Source: Thermodesulfobacteriota bacterium
Lineage (GTDB): Bacteria > Desulfobacterota > Desulfobacteria > Desulfobacterales > C00003060
Reading direction: 5' to 3'
Length of the DNA: 64,000 bases
Assembly: GCA_034189385.1 (NCBI GenBank)
Contig: JAXHVD010000019.1
Location: forward strand, 26,181 to 90,180
In this document: positions 19,402-29,620 of the stretch, piece by piece
Layout: every line of letters starts with the position of its first letter
How positions within the stretch are numbered: the first letter of the stretch is position 1
Notes under the pieces: model-generated
Databases searched by the model: none
The model's input: only the letters and a program-made list of their open reading frames with translations
Told to the model about the DNA's origin: nothing
Position numbers and translations under genes: made by a program

Positions 19402-19755
19402 ATGCTGTCTTTAGAAGAGCTAAAGAAAGAAAACGATGTCATCAATGAGATCAGTTGGGATCTGGGGCCGGAGGATGCGGTGAAGCTTTACCTGGAATGG
19501 GGAAATACGGACTGGGGCAGTGGGAAATATGTGATCCGTTCGAAAAGCGACTATTCAACGTATTTTGCGGTGAATTGTTGGAACAAGCCCTACTATATAT
19601 ACCTCATCCGCCGCAATTCTGAAGAGGCTGTTGAGCTGGCGAAATTTGAACTCCCCAAGCAGTTTGAAAAAGACGTTTGTGAACTGAAAGGGGTTTATGC
19701 CCTTGGGGACGACGTAAAGGCGTGGCTCAAAAAGGAATTGGGTGCAGAGAGGTAA
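19402..19755 (+). CDS. DVU0772-family protein
   Basis: ISWDLGPEDAVKLYLEWGN..YFAVNCW..LIRRNSEEAVELA..KGVYAL..VKAWLK; GGAGG RBS before ATG 19402. Confidence 0.8.
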   Translation: MLSLEELKKENDVINEISWDLGPEDAVKLYLEWGNTDWGSGKYVIRSKSDYSTYFAVNCWNKPYYIYLIRRNSEEAVELAKFELPKQFEKDVCELKGVYALGDDVKAWLKKELGAER

Positions 19756-20312
19756 AGAGGACCTATCTTCGAATCTGCGGGCCCATGTTCCCTGACAGGG
19801 GATAAGGGCATCCACGCTCGGCATAGTCAAAAAACATGCCCAGGATTGGTCAAATTTCCACCTCTTGCCCTGAAGGAAGGCCGGTGAATGCCCTTTTTGG
19901 TTGACGATGAACGCATACGAGCCAGATAACCGACTTAAGTTTCGCACTCTTCTCAACCGTTAGAAATTACGGCCAAAAGTGTGCTGAGGTTCGTAGAAAA
20001 CGGAAGGGCCCTGCCTTGGACCCTTTTGATGCAATGGGAGCCTCGGTTGAGGGACATCCGCTTCTCTTCGGCCTCCAATGCCTTTAGTACCTGTGCGAAG
20101 ATTCTGGGTCGCAAGGGCTGTAGGCCTTCGTTCACCGAATTTCCCGCTCCCTCTGTTGCATATCCCAGGGGGTACAAGTCTTGACAGAGCTACTATGAGT
20201 GAAAAGGGGGGGCGAAACTTGAGGAACCTATTCATGTCTGCCGAAAAGATGGTTCTAAAGGATGTGGTCACGCCGGTCAAAAACGGGGCCCAGGGACCGG
20301 GGCGTTGACACT

Positions 20313-20558
20313 TCAAGCTGCTTCCAAGGTGATCCTTTGGACACGTCGGCATATGTGTGATGGCACCTGGCCATAGAGGTCCATCCCACCGGCCCCCTGG
20401 TCTATTTTCAACGGTTGCACGGTGGACTTGTAGGGGCACTCAGAGCAGTCCCAAGAGGGCCAGTACTCTTTAGCCGCTTGATCCAAGCATTGGCCATAAT
20501 GGGGGCAATACACATTTTTCTGATCGGTCTTGTCGCACGCTCTAGGTCTCCGTTGCAC
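20313..20558 (-). CDS. Small Cys/Trp-rich hypothetical protein
   Basis: AGGAGG RBS before GTG; motif CPHYGQCLDQAAKEYWPSWDCSEC; overlaps the end of the upstream response regulator. Confidence 0.7.
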   Translation of the reverse strand: MQRRPRACDKTDQKNVYCPHYGQCLDQAAKEYWPSWDCSECPYKSTVQPLKIDQGAGGMDLYGQVPSHICRRVQRITLEAA

Positions 20559-20946
20559 TGTCTATGCCTCCTTTCTGTCTGTCAGAAAGTGTCGATCCGA
20601 GGAGGGCAGCGACCTCTGAAAGATCTAACGATCCCTTTGAAACAAATCCGTCAGCTCCTGCATTGTAAGCCGCCTCTCTATATTCCGGCAAATCGTGGTG
20701 GGTAAGGATGAAGATTGTCATCTCCGGATAACGCTTCTTGATCGTTCTGGTCAGCTCAACGCCACTCTGTCCAGGCAAGCGGACATCCACGAAAAGGACA
20801 TCGGGCAAGAATGTCGTCACTTTTTTCAGTGCCTCCTCTGCGTTGGCAGCCTCTTCAATGAAGACAGATGGAAACCTTCTGCTCAGGGCGTCCCTGAAGG
20901 TCCTCCGAAACAGAGTGCTGTCTTCGACAAGCAATATCTTCAACAT
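20542..20946 (-). CDS. Stand-alone response regulator receiver (NarL-like REC)
   Basis: ILLVED, PDVLFVDVRLPGQSG, ILT, GADGFVSK. Confidence 0.9.
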   Translation of the reverse strand: MLKILLVEDSTLFRRTFRDALSRRFPSVFIEEAANAEEALKKVTTFLPDVLFVDVRLPGQSGVELTRTIKKRYPEMTIFILTHHDLPEYREAAYNAGADGFVSKGSLDLSEVAALLGSTLSDRQKGGIDSATET

Positions 20947-21295
20947 GTTCTTTCAGCCACAATGACCGCCAAGATGGATGATTTGTAGAACATTTTAGGA
21001 GTTGTCCACTGACTTGGACCTTTCACGTCGCCCCGATGGGCCCCAAAAAGCTTGCAATGGTCGGTCAAAGTAGTTGTGCAGGGCTCTGCAAGATCCTCTC
21101 ACCTGTATTTGCCAAGGTTGTTTAAAGGCCACAGTGTTGCAAAACAGACTTTACGGGACTTTTTCTTGGTGGTAAATGGGGTGAATGACGTATTTGTGAC
21201 TGCGACAGGCTGTATTTTGAGCCTTCTCGATACAGTAGGCTGAGGAAGTCTGGGGGTTGTATGACGACCAGTTGAGAAGGCTCCCCGAGGCGATT

Positions 21296-21952
21296 ATGGA
21301 CAGGCCATATAGGATTTTCATCGCCGAAGACTACACGATCCTCAGAGAGGGGTTGAGGGCCCTCGTGTCGTCTGACCCGAACTTTGAAGTCGTAGCAGAA
21401 GCCAAGGACGGCCAGAGTGCCATACGAGGTGTTCAGGAGTTTAAGCCGGACCTTGCCTTGATGGACCTCTCCATGCCGAGAATGAGCGGCATGGATGCCA
21501 TTTCCGAAATAAAACGCAGAAGGCCTGAAACGAGGATCGTAGCCCTTACCGTGCACAAGGCAGAGGAATATGTCATTGAGGCCCTTCGGGCCGGTGCTGA
21601 CGGGTATGTCCTCAAGGATGCCAGCCACAAGGAATTGATGGTGGCCATCAAGAGTGTCCTGGCCGGCAGGCGCTATATCAGTCCTGGCATTTCAGACAGA
21701 CTCATAGAGGCTTACCTGGAGATAAAAGGGCCTGGGAAGGTGAAGTCACAGTGGGACAGCCTTACATCACGGGAGAGACAGGTGCTCAAGCTCATCGGTG
21801 AGGGTTACAAAAACAAGGAGATTGCAGATTACCTGTGTATTAGCCCGAAGACCGTTGAAAAACATCGGTCCAACCTCATGAAAAAGCTGGACCTGCACAG
21901 CGCTTCTAAACTCACTGCCTATGCGGCAGTGCGGGGCCTCATCGAGAGGTAG
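21296..21952 (+). CDS. NarL/LuxR-family DNA-binding response regulator
   Basis: REC domain (IAED, MDLSMP, GYVLK) plus LuxR HTH (LTSRERQVL..NKEIA..ISPKTVEKHRSNLMKKL). Confidence 0.95.
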   Translation: MDRPYRIFIAEDYTILREGLRALVSSDPNFEVVAEAKDGQSAIRGVQEFKPDLALMDLSMPRMSGMDAISEIKRRRPETRIVALTVHKAEEYVIEALRAGADGYVLKDASHKELMVAIKSVLAGRRYISPGISDRLIEAYLEIKGPGKVKSQWDSLTSRERQVLKLIGEGYKNKEIADYLCISPKTVEKHRSNLMKKLDLHSASKLTAYAAVRGLIER

Positions 21953-24824
21953 CCCCTTTCCCACTGGGCCACGAGGCCCTGATCAGCGTTCCCGTCCCAG
22001 GCGCAGATTCAACGGCAAAAGTCCCACCAGAAAGCTGGGTCCGCTCCTTCATACTCGTCAGACCGATACCTGCCTTAGGGCCTTTCCCAAAAAACACAGG
22101 GGCCACCTCAAATCCCTGACCGTTGTCCTGGATCGTCAGTTCTGTACAACCGCCTGTTTCATTTAGGGAAATCGTCACCAAGTCTGCATGAGCGTATTTG
22201 GAAGTATTATTCAGGGCCTCTTGTAACACCCTGAAGATCACTATTTTCAGCGGCTCGGGCACGTTTTCTTCTTTGATGTCTACCCTCTTTACGATTCGAA
22301 TTCGCGAATAGAGCCTTTCAAATTCGCGGCAAAACCAAGCGATGGTCGCCACGATTCCCAGATCGTCCAGTAGGGAGGGGCGGAGGTCCGTATGAATCCT
22401 CCGGACCTCTTCACTGGCCCGCTGAACCATGGGGATCACCGCCTGCAGTGTCTGTAGCCCTTCGTCGGTTTCTCCTTTACGAATCTGGCTGAAGGCATTC
22501 TCCGTCCCAAACTTGACGGCTGCCAGGGCCTGTCCAATGCTGTCATGAAGCTCTCTGGAAATCCTGCTCCTTTCCTCCTCCTGCACGCTGAGCAGCCTCT
22601 TGGACAGGCGGCGAAGATCTTCTTCTGATCTTCTGACCGCATCCTCTGCCCTCTTTCGGTCGGTGACGTCAATCCCAAGCTCCAGTACCAGGGGCGATCC
22701 GTCTATGTCAGTGAAGGGATAGTCGTAGACATGGTATGTCCGTGCCCGAGCATGATCGAACCATTCCCATTCTTCCGGGCTCTTTGTCTGAAAGACCCTG
22801 AGTGTGGGGCACTCTTCACATGGTTTGTTACGGTCCCTCAGAACCTCATAGCATCTTTTTCCTTTAGGATCACCAAAGGCCTTTCGGAAGTATCTGTTGG
22901 CAAAACGAACCGTATAATCTTCAGCCTGAAGATAAACAAAAGCTGGAAGTTCCTCCAAGAGCGAAAAAAACCTCTTTCGTTCCAGGGTGATTCGCTCTTC
23001 CGCCACTCTAAGATCGGCCTCTGCCCTCAGTGCCGTAATCCCGTACGCAAGATCGGCTGCCAGGTCAGATAACAGCCCCACTTCCTCCTTGTCAAATGCA
23101 CCTGGTTCACAGGCGTAAATGCTCAGGGCACCAAAGGCCCTTCCTTTTTCTATCAAGGGCAGAGCAATCGAAGCTGTATAACCACGTTTTAGGGCCTCTG
23201 CGCGCCACGGTGCGAAATGAGGATCCGTCAAGATGTCCCTGGCCACACAAGGCTCCTTTGTGCGTATAGCCCTTCCCGTGGGACCGCGTCCCCTCTCTGT
23301 ATCGGCCCAGGAAATATCCGCTGTTGCCAGATATCCCTCTTCAAAACCGCTCTGGGCTGCAGGACGCACTGTTTTTGCCTCGTCCTGTTCGGCGAGGCCC
23401 ACCCATGCAAGACAATATCCCCCGTCATCCACAATGATGCGACAGACCTCATCCATGAATGCAAAGGCGTCACTGGCGCGGATCAACGCCTCATTACAAC
23501 TACTCAGAACTCCCAGGGTTCTGTTGGTCCGAAGAAGGGCGACTTGGGCATCTTTTCGCTGTTCTATTTCGTCTCTGAGCTGCTCATTTGCTCGGGCCAG
23601 TTCTGCCGTCCGATTTGCTACCCGATCCTCTAGCTCTTCATTGGCTCTTCTGAGGGCCTCTTCTGCCTTCTTGCGTTCTGTGATGTCACGGAAGATGCCC
23701 TGGACGAGCGGTGGTTCTCCAACCATGGTTACTGAAGCAGTAATCTCGACGGGCACGATTTTGCCTGATCCTGTCACGATCTCTGCCTCGTCATTCAGGG
23801 AGCCCTTTTCCGTGATGTGCCTTTTGAATTTATCCCGATAGTAGTCTGCCCTGCCTGGCGGATGGAGGCTCGTGTGGTGCTTTCCGATGATGCTGTCACG
23901 TCCCTTTTCCAACAGCACTTCTGCGGCCCGATTGCACCTGGTAATCAAGCCGGTCTCTGGGTCAGCCCAGAATATGGGATCTACTGCGCTTTCAAATGTG
24001 AGTCTAAACCGCTCTTCGCTCTGGTGCAACGCCTTCTCTATCTGCTTGCGGTGAGTGACATCGCGTACGATGATAAGATCCGCCGGTCTGTTTTGATAGG
24101 TGATGAGGCCTCCGCTGATCTCGCCATATATGGCCCTGCCATTCTTATGAAGGAGTCTTAACTCATACCCTATGGGCACATCTTTTCCTTCTATCCTCCG
24201 GCCGTAGTACTCAATGGCCTTGGTAACATCGTCAGGATGCACCAAGTCCGAAAATTTCCTGTCGACAAACTCTTCGACACGATAGCCCCCCATGGCCGAG
24301 AGTCGGGGATTGGCATACTTGACCGTGCCGTTCTGGATGATGCCGATACCGTCATTGGCCCTCTCAACTAAACTGCGATATTTGTTCTCACTCTCCCACA
24401 GGGCCTCGTTGGCCAGTTTCCGTTCAGTGATGTTCTCATGGACCACTACGATATAGGTGCTTCCATCCCTTGTGAAGCGACTGATCCTTCCAACAAACCA
24501 CAGGTGTTCTGTGGGGGTATGGCAGGGATACTCCCTTTCGCATCGCTCCCTTTGCCCAGCGAGGACGGCTCGAAGGTCTGCTGCAAAGGCAGCTGCCCCC
24601 TCGCTGCTACCCCCAAGGGCAGCATCACAGACTTTCAGGTAATTGGCGCCCTCACCCACTTTGTCCGTGGAAGCAGAATGGGCTGTAGCAAAGTCGCGAC
24701 ACGACTGATTCACCGCAACGATCATGCCCTTTTCATCAAGAAGCGCGATGTGAGCAGACAGTGCATCGATAGTGGCTTGGGCGAAGCGTTCCTTGTCGTC
24801 AGAAGCGCTCACGATTTCCTCCAA
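21939..24824 (-). CDS. Cytoplasmic PAS/PAS/PAS/GAF/PAS HisKA_3 (NarX-like) histidine kinase
   Basis: Multiple PAS/PAC ends (NITERK, DVTHRK, DITERK, DVTDRK), GAF, EERSRISRELHD, QEALNN, DNGQGF, GIGL. Confidence 0.93.
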   Translation of the reverse strand: MEEIVSASDDKERFAQATIDALSAHIALLDEKGMIVAVNQSCRDFATAHSASTDKVGEGANYLKVCDAALGGSSEGAAAFAADLRAVLAGQRERCEREYPCHTPTEHLWFVGRISRFTRDGSTYIVVVHENITERKLANEALWESENKYRSLVERANDGIGIIQNGTVKYANPRLSAMGGYRVEEFVDRKFSDLVHPDDVTKAIEYYGRRIEGKDVPIGYELRLLHKNGRAIYGEISGGLITYQNRPADLIIVRDVTHRKQIEKALHQSEERFRLTFESAVDPIFWADPETGLITRCNRAAEVLLEKGRDSIIGKHHTSLHPPGRADYYRDKFKRHITEKGSLNDEAEIVTGSGKIVPVEITASVTMVGEPPLVQGIFRDITERKKAEEALRRANEELEDRVANRTAELARANEQLRDEIEQRKDAQVALLRTNRTLGVLSSCNEALIRASDAFAFMDEVCRIIVDDGGYCLAWVGLAEQDEAKTVRPAAQSGFEEGYLATADISWADTERGRGPTGRAIRTKEPCVARDILTDPHFAPWRAEALKRGYTASIALPLIEKGRAFGALSIYACEPGAFDKEEVGLLSDLAADLAYGITALRAEADLRVAEERITLERKRFFSLLEELPAFVYLQAEDYTVRFANRYFRKAFGDPKGKRCYEVLRDRNKPCEECPTLRVFQTKSPEEWEWFDHARARTYHVYDYPFTDIDGSPLVLELGIDVTDRKRAEDAVRRSEEDLRRLSKRLLSVQEEERSRISRELHDSIGQALAAVKFGTENAFSQIRKGETDEGLQTLQAVIPMVQRASEEVRRIHTDLRPSLLDDLGIVATIAWFCREFERLYSRIRIVKRVDIKEENVPEPLKIVIFRVLQEALNNTSKYAHADLVTISLNETGGCTELTIQDNGQGFEVAPVFFGKGPKAGIGLTSMKERTQLSGGTFAVESAPGTGTLIRASWPSGKGATSR

Positions 24825-25067
24825 TGAGTTTCCTTCTGCACTTATGGCCCTTTTCTAAACTTGTTACATATGTCTGTGCACTGCTTTTTGTCAAGGCCGA
24901 CGGCTTTGCCCAAAAGTCTTTGTCTTGGTGAACACCGGGGCTGGGGAGGATTCAGGCCCGCTCAAGAGACTCGCTGGGTTGCATATCTGCAGCAGGAGGA
25001 AGGGTCAGGGAATGGCCAGTGGGGCCAAGAAAGGCTTTTCGCAGGACCTTTATGAAGACAAGGCAAA

Positions 25068-26513
25068 TCAGGCCATCTTGGGCAACGTGAAGTGAAAGGT
25101 CGACCCTTGGCTCTTTTCGGACTCTACCCAGATCTGGCCACCATGATCATTGACGATCTTTTCAACAATGGTAAGGCCTAACCCTGTTCCTTCTTCATCC
25201 TGCACTTCTCGAATGCGGAGAAACATCTCAAAGACCTTTCGATGATACTTGGGATCAATCCCGATACCATTGTCTTTCACATAGAACTGGTGAAAGTCCC
25301 CGCCATCGTGATGGCCGATTTCAATCTCGGGGTCTTCCCTGTCCCCAATGAACTTGATGGCGTTTACGAGGAGATTCTCGAAAACTTGATGGATCTTGTT
25401 CCTGTCACAGTAGGCTGGAGGCAGGTGGTTTGTGACCACAAGCTCTATGCCCTTGTCTTTCAGTCTGGCTGCCAGACCTGTGGTCACGTCTTTTACAATC
25501 TCCGAAACAGGCACGTCTTGGAAGACATACTCGGCCTGACCCACCCTTGCCACTGCCAGCAGGTCAGAGACCAGCAGCTCCATTCTTCGGGCATTGACAT
25601 GAATGCGTTCAAGGCACGCCTGGTCCTCGTCCGTCAGGTCCCCTTGGCGCCTATCGAGCAAGATAGAGGAAAACCCCTGGATGTGGGCGATAGGGGTTCT
25701 GAGGTCATGAGAGACTACGTGAACAAAGTTTTTCAGCTCTTCATTCTTCTTGGTGACGGCCTCTTCGGCCCGTTTGCGCTCACCTATTTCTGCTTCCAGC
25801 TGTTTGTTGGCCTTGCTGAGTTCTGCTGTTCTCTCTGTTACCCGCATTTCCAACTCATCACGAGATTTCTGCAGGGCCTTTTCGGCCCGTTTGCGCTCCG
25901 TCATCTCTCTGGACACACTTTGTATGGTTTGGTTTGTCACCTGCTTCAAAGACTCCAAGAGTTCCACAGGAGAACTTCCAGCCACGTGGGCACCTAGGTC
26001 GCCCCTTGAAACCCTATTTAAGACGTCAAAGTGTTCAGCAAGGCCCATGGCAAACTCGTGAGACAGATCAACGATTTTTCTAAGTTCTGTGGCCGTGAGG
26101 TTAACGATATGCTTCAGTTTGACAATCAACTCCAGTCGGGAGCTTTCGTCTAAGTGTACCTCCGGGTTTCCTGCAGCAATCTCTCTCAAGGCCTGGAACA
26201 CTTCTGACAGACCCAGGGCTAATTCCATGCTGGTCTCTGCCAACTCCCGATCTCGTTCCTCGACCATGGCCCTGAACTCTGCGAATTGTCGGCTTGTCAC
26301 CCAAAGGGTATCTTGAATGGAATCCACCCCGATGTTTGCCTTAAAGGGCTCGCATACAAGACACATCTCCATCTTTTCTAGAAATTTACCCTGTATCTCA
26401 TTGCGACAATGGGTACCTGAGATAAGCCAACACTTCCGTTCCCTTGCCTGATAAACCGGGCACGCCTCTTCATGGCAATCAAAGTATTCCCAGCACAGTG
26501 TCCCTTTTTTCAT
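25068..26513 (-). CDS. Histidine kinase with N-terminal Cys-rich two-CW-type domain and tandem HAMP-like repeats
   Basis: CWEYFDC..CPVY..CWLISGTHC..CLVC; SHDLRTP; NLLVNAIKF; DNGIGI; GTGLGL; AAGGAG RBS before ATG 26513. Confidence 0.9.
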   Translation of the reverse strand: MKKGTLCWEYFDCHEEACPVYQARERKCWLISGTHCRNEIQGKFLEKMEMCLVCEPFKANIGVDSIQDTLWVTSRQFAEFRAMVEERDRELAETSMELALGLSEVFQALREIAAGNPEVHLDESSRLELIVKLKHIVNLTATELRKIVDLSHEFAMGLAEHFDVLNRVSRGDLGAHVAGSSPVELLESLKQVTNQTIQSVSREMTERKRAEKALQKSRDELEMRVTERTAELSKANKQLEAEIGERKRAEEAVTKKNEELKNFVHVVSHDLRTPIAHIQGFSSILLDRRQGDLTDEDQACLERIHVNARRMELLVSDLLAVARVGQAEYVFQDVPVSEIVKDVTTGLAARLKDKGIELVVTNHLPPAYCDRNKIHQVFENLLVNAIKFIGDREDPEIEIGHHDGGDFHQFYVKDNGIGIDPKYHRKVFEMFLRIREVQDEEGTGLGLTIVEKIVNDHGGQIWVESEKSQGSTFHFTLPKMA

Positions 26514-27402
26514 GCCGCAATCACTCCTTCTCCCTTCGCAGATCCCACTGCTCACAGTGGACACTGCCTGATCATGTCAAAAGACCCTCTTGATGATGGC
26601 TGGCAGGGCCCACATGGCCCGCCCTAGCCACAAGTGCCCTTAGTTCTTTTTGACGGTAGTAGGGATTGGCGTATCCTGCGTGAGCATAGGTAGGTTTTAC
26701 GTCCAGGTCAAGGAAAAGGCGCAGGACGTGCATTCATTGCCTTCAACTCTTCACACCGGCCTTTTGCTAACGGGAGAGTAATGACGCATCATCATTCTCA
26801 AAGATGTCACTTGCCTCCTGCTCCCTTGACCCCTTCCACTCGGTTTGTTTACGGCAGAGGCGAAGAGAACATGTCCATCTTGTCATGGTGACAGATATAC
26901 AATATGATACATGCCGAATGCCATGGAACCCATTTATGGCAGGAGTTAAGGACAACGAGTCCCAGGGGAGGGTTCTGCCAACGTCTATGGTAGCGTTCCT
27001 GTGGGCGCAAGGCACCAGTGTCAAGACAGGCCTTGTTGAGTGCATTTGTCGGCTGCCTTGGGATGGTGAGGGGGGCGCGAGCAGTGTAAAAGGGTTTCCC
27101 ACGAAAGAAAAATCATGGGGGAGGTAGACTTATTGTCCGCCTTGTCCGTCTAAGATAGGAGCTTGGGTGGATGCATATACCAGAGAGTGCTCCTCCATGA
27201 ATGGCATCTTTTGCCCCCGTATGTTCTCCCCGGATTTGCGCCTGCGGTGAAAACCCATACGGGGCCTTGTCTTGGGAAATAACCTGCATTTTTGGGGTAC
27301 CCATTGCCGACTCCGGCGGGATGAGCGGTCCGCCCTGGCGGATCAAAAAGCTTACCAGAACCAAGTGAGAAGGGAGTGCAAAGGTCTCAATAAGGGTGGG
27401 CG

Positions 27403-28668
27403 ATGAAACATATGCGTATTTGTGTGATCATTTTTCTATTGACCTTCTCTTTAACAGCCCAAGGGGCGGCTCAAGAGGTTCTCACCTGGCCCGATTGTGT
27501 CAGGAAGGCACTGAAGCACCATCCTGATGTGATCTCGGCAAAGGAGAAGGTGAGGCAGGCGGAAGCTGATAAGAAGATCACAAAAAGTGCCGTCCTGCCG
27601 CAGGTGACAAGCGAAGTGAGTGGCAAAAAGTCGAAGACGGAAAAACAGCCGGAGCAAGAAAGCTATGCCTATCGCATTAGTGGAAATCAGCTCCTCTTTG
27701 ACGGCTTTAAGACTAGGTCTGATCTAAAGGCGGCAACGCAGATCACGTTGGCGCAACAGTACGATTATGCCGTGGTATCGTCAAATATCCGGTTAGCGTT
27801 GAGAAAGGCCTTTGCCTCTCTTCTAAGGGCCCAGGAACTCATCTCCTTGACCGAAGAGATTGCCGAGCGCAGGAAGCAGAATGTGGACTTGATTCAGCTC
27901 CGGTACGAGGCCGGCAGGGAGCACAGGGGGGCCTTGCTCACAGCCCAGGCAGATTTGGCTCAAGCTACCTTTGAAGTAGGCCGGGCAAAGAGGAATCTCT
28001 TCGTCGCCCAGCGGGAGTTGTCCAAGGAGCTCGGCCGAAAAGAGTTTGGTCCCATCACAGTGACGGGGTCCTTTGACATGGAGCCCGTTGCCGGCGACAG
28101 GCCTGACTTTGAATCCTTGGCAAAGGAGACGCCTTTTCTAAAAGAGCTTATAGCCAGAAAAGAGTCCGCCCGGTGGGGTGTGAAATCGGCAAAGGCCGAG
28201 TATCTTCCCCAGGTCTATCTAAATGCCGCTTTTGGGGAAACTGCCACAGACTGGCCTCCGGAAGAGGGCGAGTGGTCGGCCGGCCTCACCCTTTCTCTTC
28301 CTATATTTGAGGGGGGCAGCAGGCAGGCCCGGGTCTCCAAATCCAAATCTCAACTGAGGCAACTAGCAGCCGATGAAGAGAGTGGAAAGGACAGCGTTGT
28401 GCTGACATTGGAAAAGACCTGGAAGGCCTTGCAAGATGCTGCCGACTTTGTCTCAGTTCAGAAGAAGTTTTTAGATGCCGGCCGGGAGCGGGCCAAGATA
28501 GCCGGTGCCCAGTATTCCACAGGGCTAGTGGCTTTTGACGATTGGATTATCATCGAAAACAATCTTGTCAGTGCCAAGAAGGCGTATCTTGACGCCCAGG
28601 CAGATCTGCTCGTAGCCGAGGCGAACTGGTATCAAGCCAAAGGAGGCACACTGGAAGATGTTCAATAA
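27403..28668 (+). CDS. TolC-family outer-membrane efflux protein
   Basis: Signal peptide; two OEP repeats (LPQV..QLLFDGF; YLPQV..LSLPIFEGG). Confidence 0.9.
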   Translation: MKHMRICVIIFLLTFSLTAQGAAQEVLTWPDCVRKALKHHPDVISAKEKVRQAEADKKITKSAVLPQVTSEVSGKKSKTEKQPEQESYAYRISGNQLLFDGFKTRSDLKAATQITLAQQYDYAVVSSNIRLALRKAFASLLRAQELISLTEEIAERRKQNVDLIQLRYEAGREHRGALLTAQADLAQATFEVGRAKRNLFVAQRELSKELGRKEFGPITVTGSFDMEPVAGDRPDFESLAKETPFLKELIARKESARWGVKSAKAEYLPQVYLNAAFGETATDWPPEEGEWSAGLTLSLPIFEGGSRQARVSKSKSQLRQLAADEESGKDSVVLTLEKTWKALQDAADFVSVQKKFLDAGRERAKIAGAQYSTGLVAFDDWIIIENNLVSAKKAYLDAQADLLVAEANWYQAKGGTLEDVQ

Positions 28669-29620
28669 TAGGACCATTGCCGTTGTTTCCATCCTGGCAC
28701 TGTCGGTTGCAGCGATTGTTTCTTTCTACAAACTCAGAGGCAATACAAACGGCACCTCTTTCACCAAAGAGATCCGCCCTGTGGTGGGCGATATACAGAT
28801 CGCGGTGATGACCACGGGCGTGGTGGAGCCCCAGAATCGTCTTGAGATCAAACCTTCCATCAACAGCCGGATTGAAGAGATCCTCGTTCAGGAAGGAGAC
28901 CAGGTCACCAAGGGCCAGGTCCTTGCCTGGACGAGTTCCACGGAACGGGCGGCCCTTGTGGATGCCGCCCGGTCCCAGGGAGACAAGGCCCTGGCCTACT
29001 GGGAGCAGGTCTACAAGCAGACGCCCATCATATCGCCCATTGACGGAGAAGTGATTGTCCGTTCCATTGAGCCCGGTCAAACGGTGACGACTAATGACAC
29101 CGTATTGGTTTTGTCGGACCGGCTCATCGTGAGTGCGCAATTTGACGAAACCGATATCGGAAGGGTGAAGTTGGGAAAAGACGCAGTCATTGCCTTGGAT
29201 GCTTACCCAAGTGTGAAGATCAAAGGCACGGTCGATCACATTGCCTATGAATCCGAACTGGTCAACAACGTGACCATCTATGACGTGGATATTGTCCCTC
29301 GGCAAGTGCCCCCCTTTTTCCGCTCCGGCATGAGCGCAAACGTGGAGGTCTTGGAAAAAAGGCGACAAGGCGTGCTCCTCATCCCTGTGGAGGCGATTGA
29401 AAGGGAAGACGGAAAGGCCTTTGTGACAGTAAGAAGAAAGGGAGGAACCGGCCTTGAGCGGCAGGCCATCGAGATCGGCATCCTGAATGCAAAAAACGCA
29501 GAGGTTGTCTCTGGTTTGACCGTTGAAGATGTACTCATTGTGCGTGATCAGGCCTATACCCCCCCAAAAAAAGCTAGTGGGACCAATCCCTTCTTGCCTT
29601 TTCGGGGAAAGAAGAAATGA
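28658..29620 (+). CDS. macA: Efflux periplasmic adaptor, MacA-like
   Basis: N-terminal TM, lipoyl-like halves (VQEGDQVTKGQ; ISPIDGEV), DETDIGRVKLG, RSGMSANV. Confidence 0.85.
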   Translation: MFNNRTIAVVSILALSVAAIVSFYKLRGNTNGTSFTKEIRPVVGDIQIAVMTTGVVEPQNRLEIKPSINSRIEEILVQEGDQVTKGQVLAWTSSTERAALVDAARSQGDKALAYWEQVYKQTPIISPIDGEVIVRSIEPGQTVTTNDTVLVLSDRLIVSAQFDETDIGRVKLGKDAVIALDAYPSVKIKGTVDHIAYESELVNNVTIYDVDIVPRQVPPFFRSGMSANVEVLEKRRQGVLLIPVEAIEREDGKAFVTVRRKGGTGLERQAIEIGILNAKNAEVVSGLTVEDVLIVRDQAYTPPKKASGTNPFLPFRGKKK

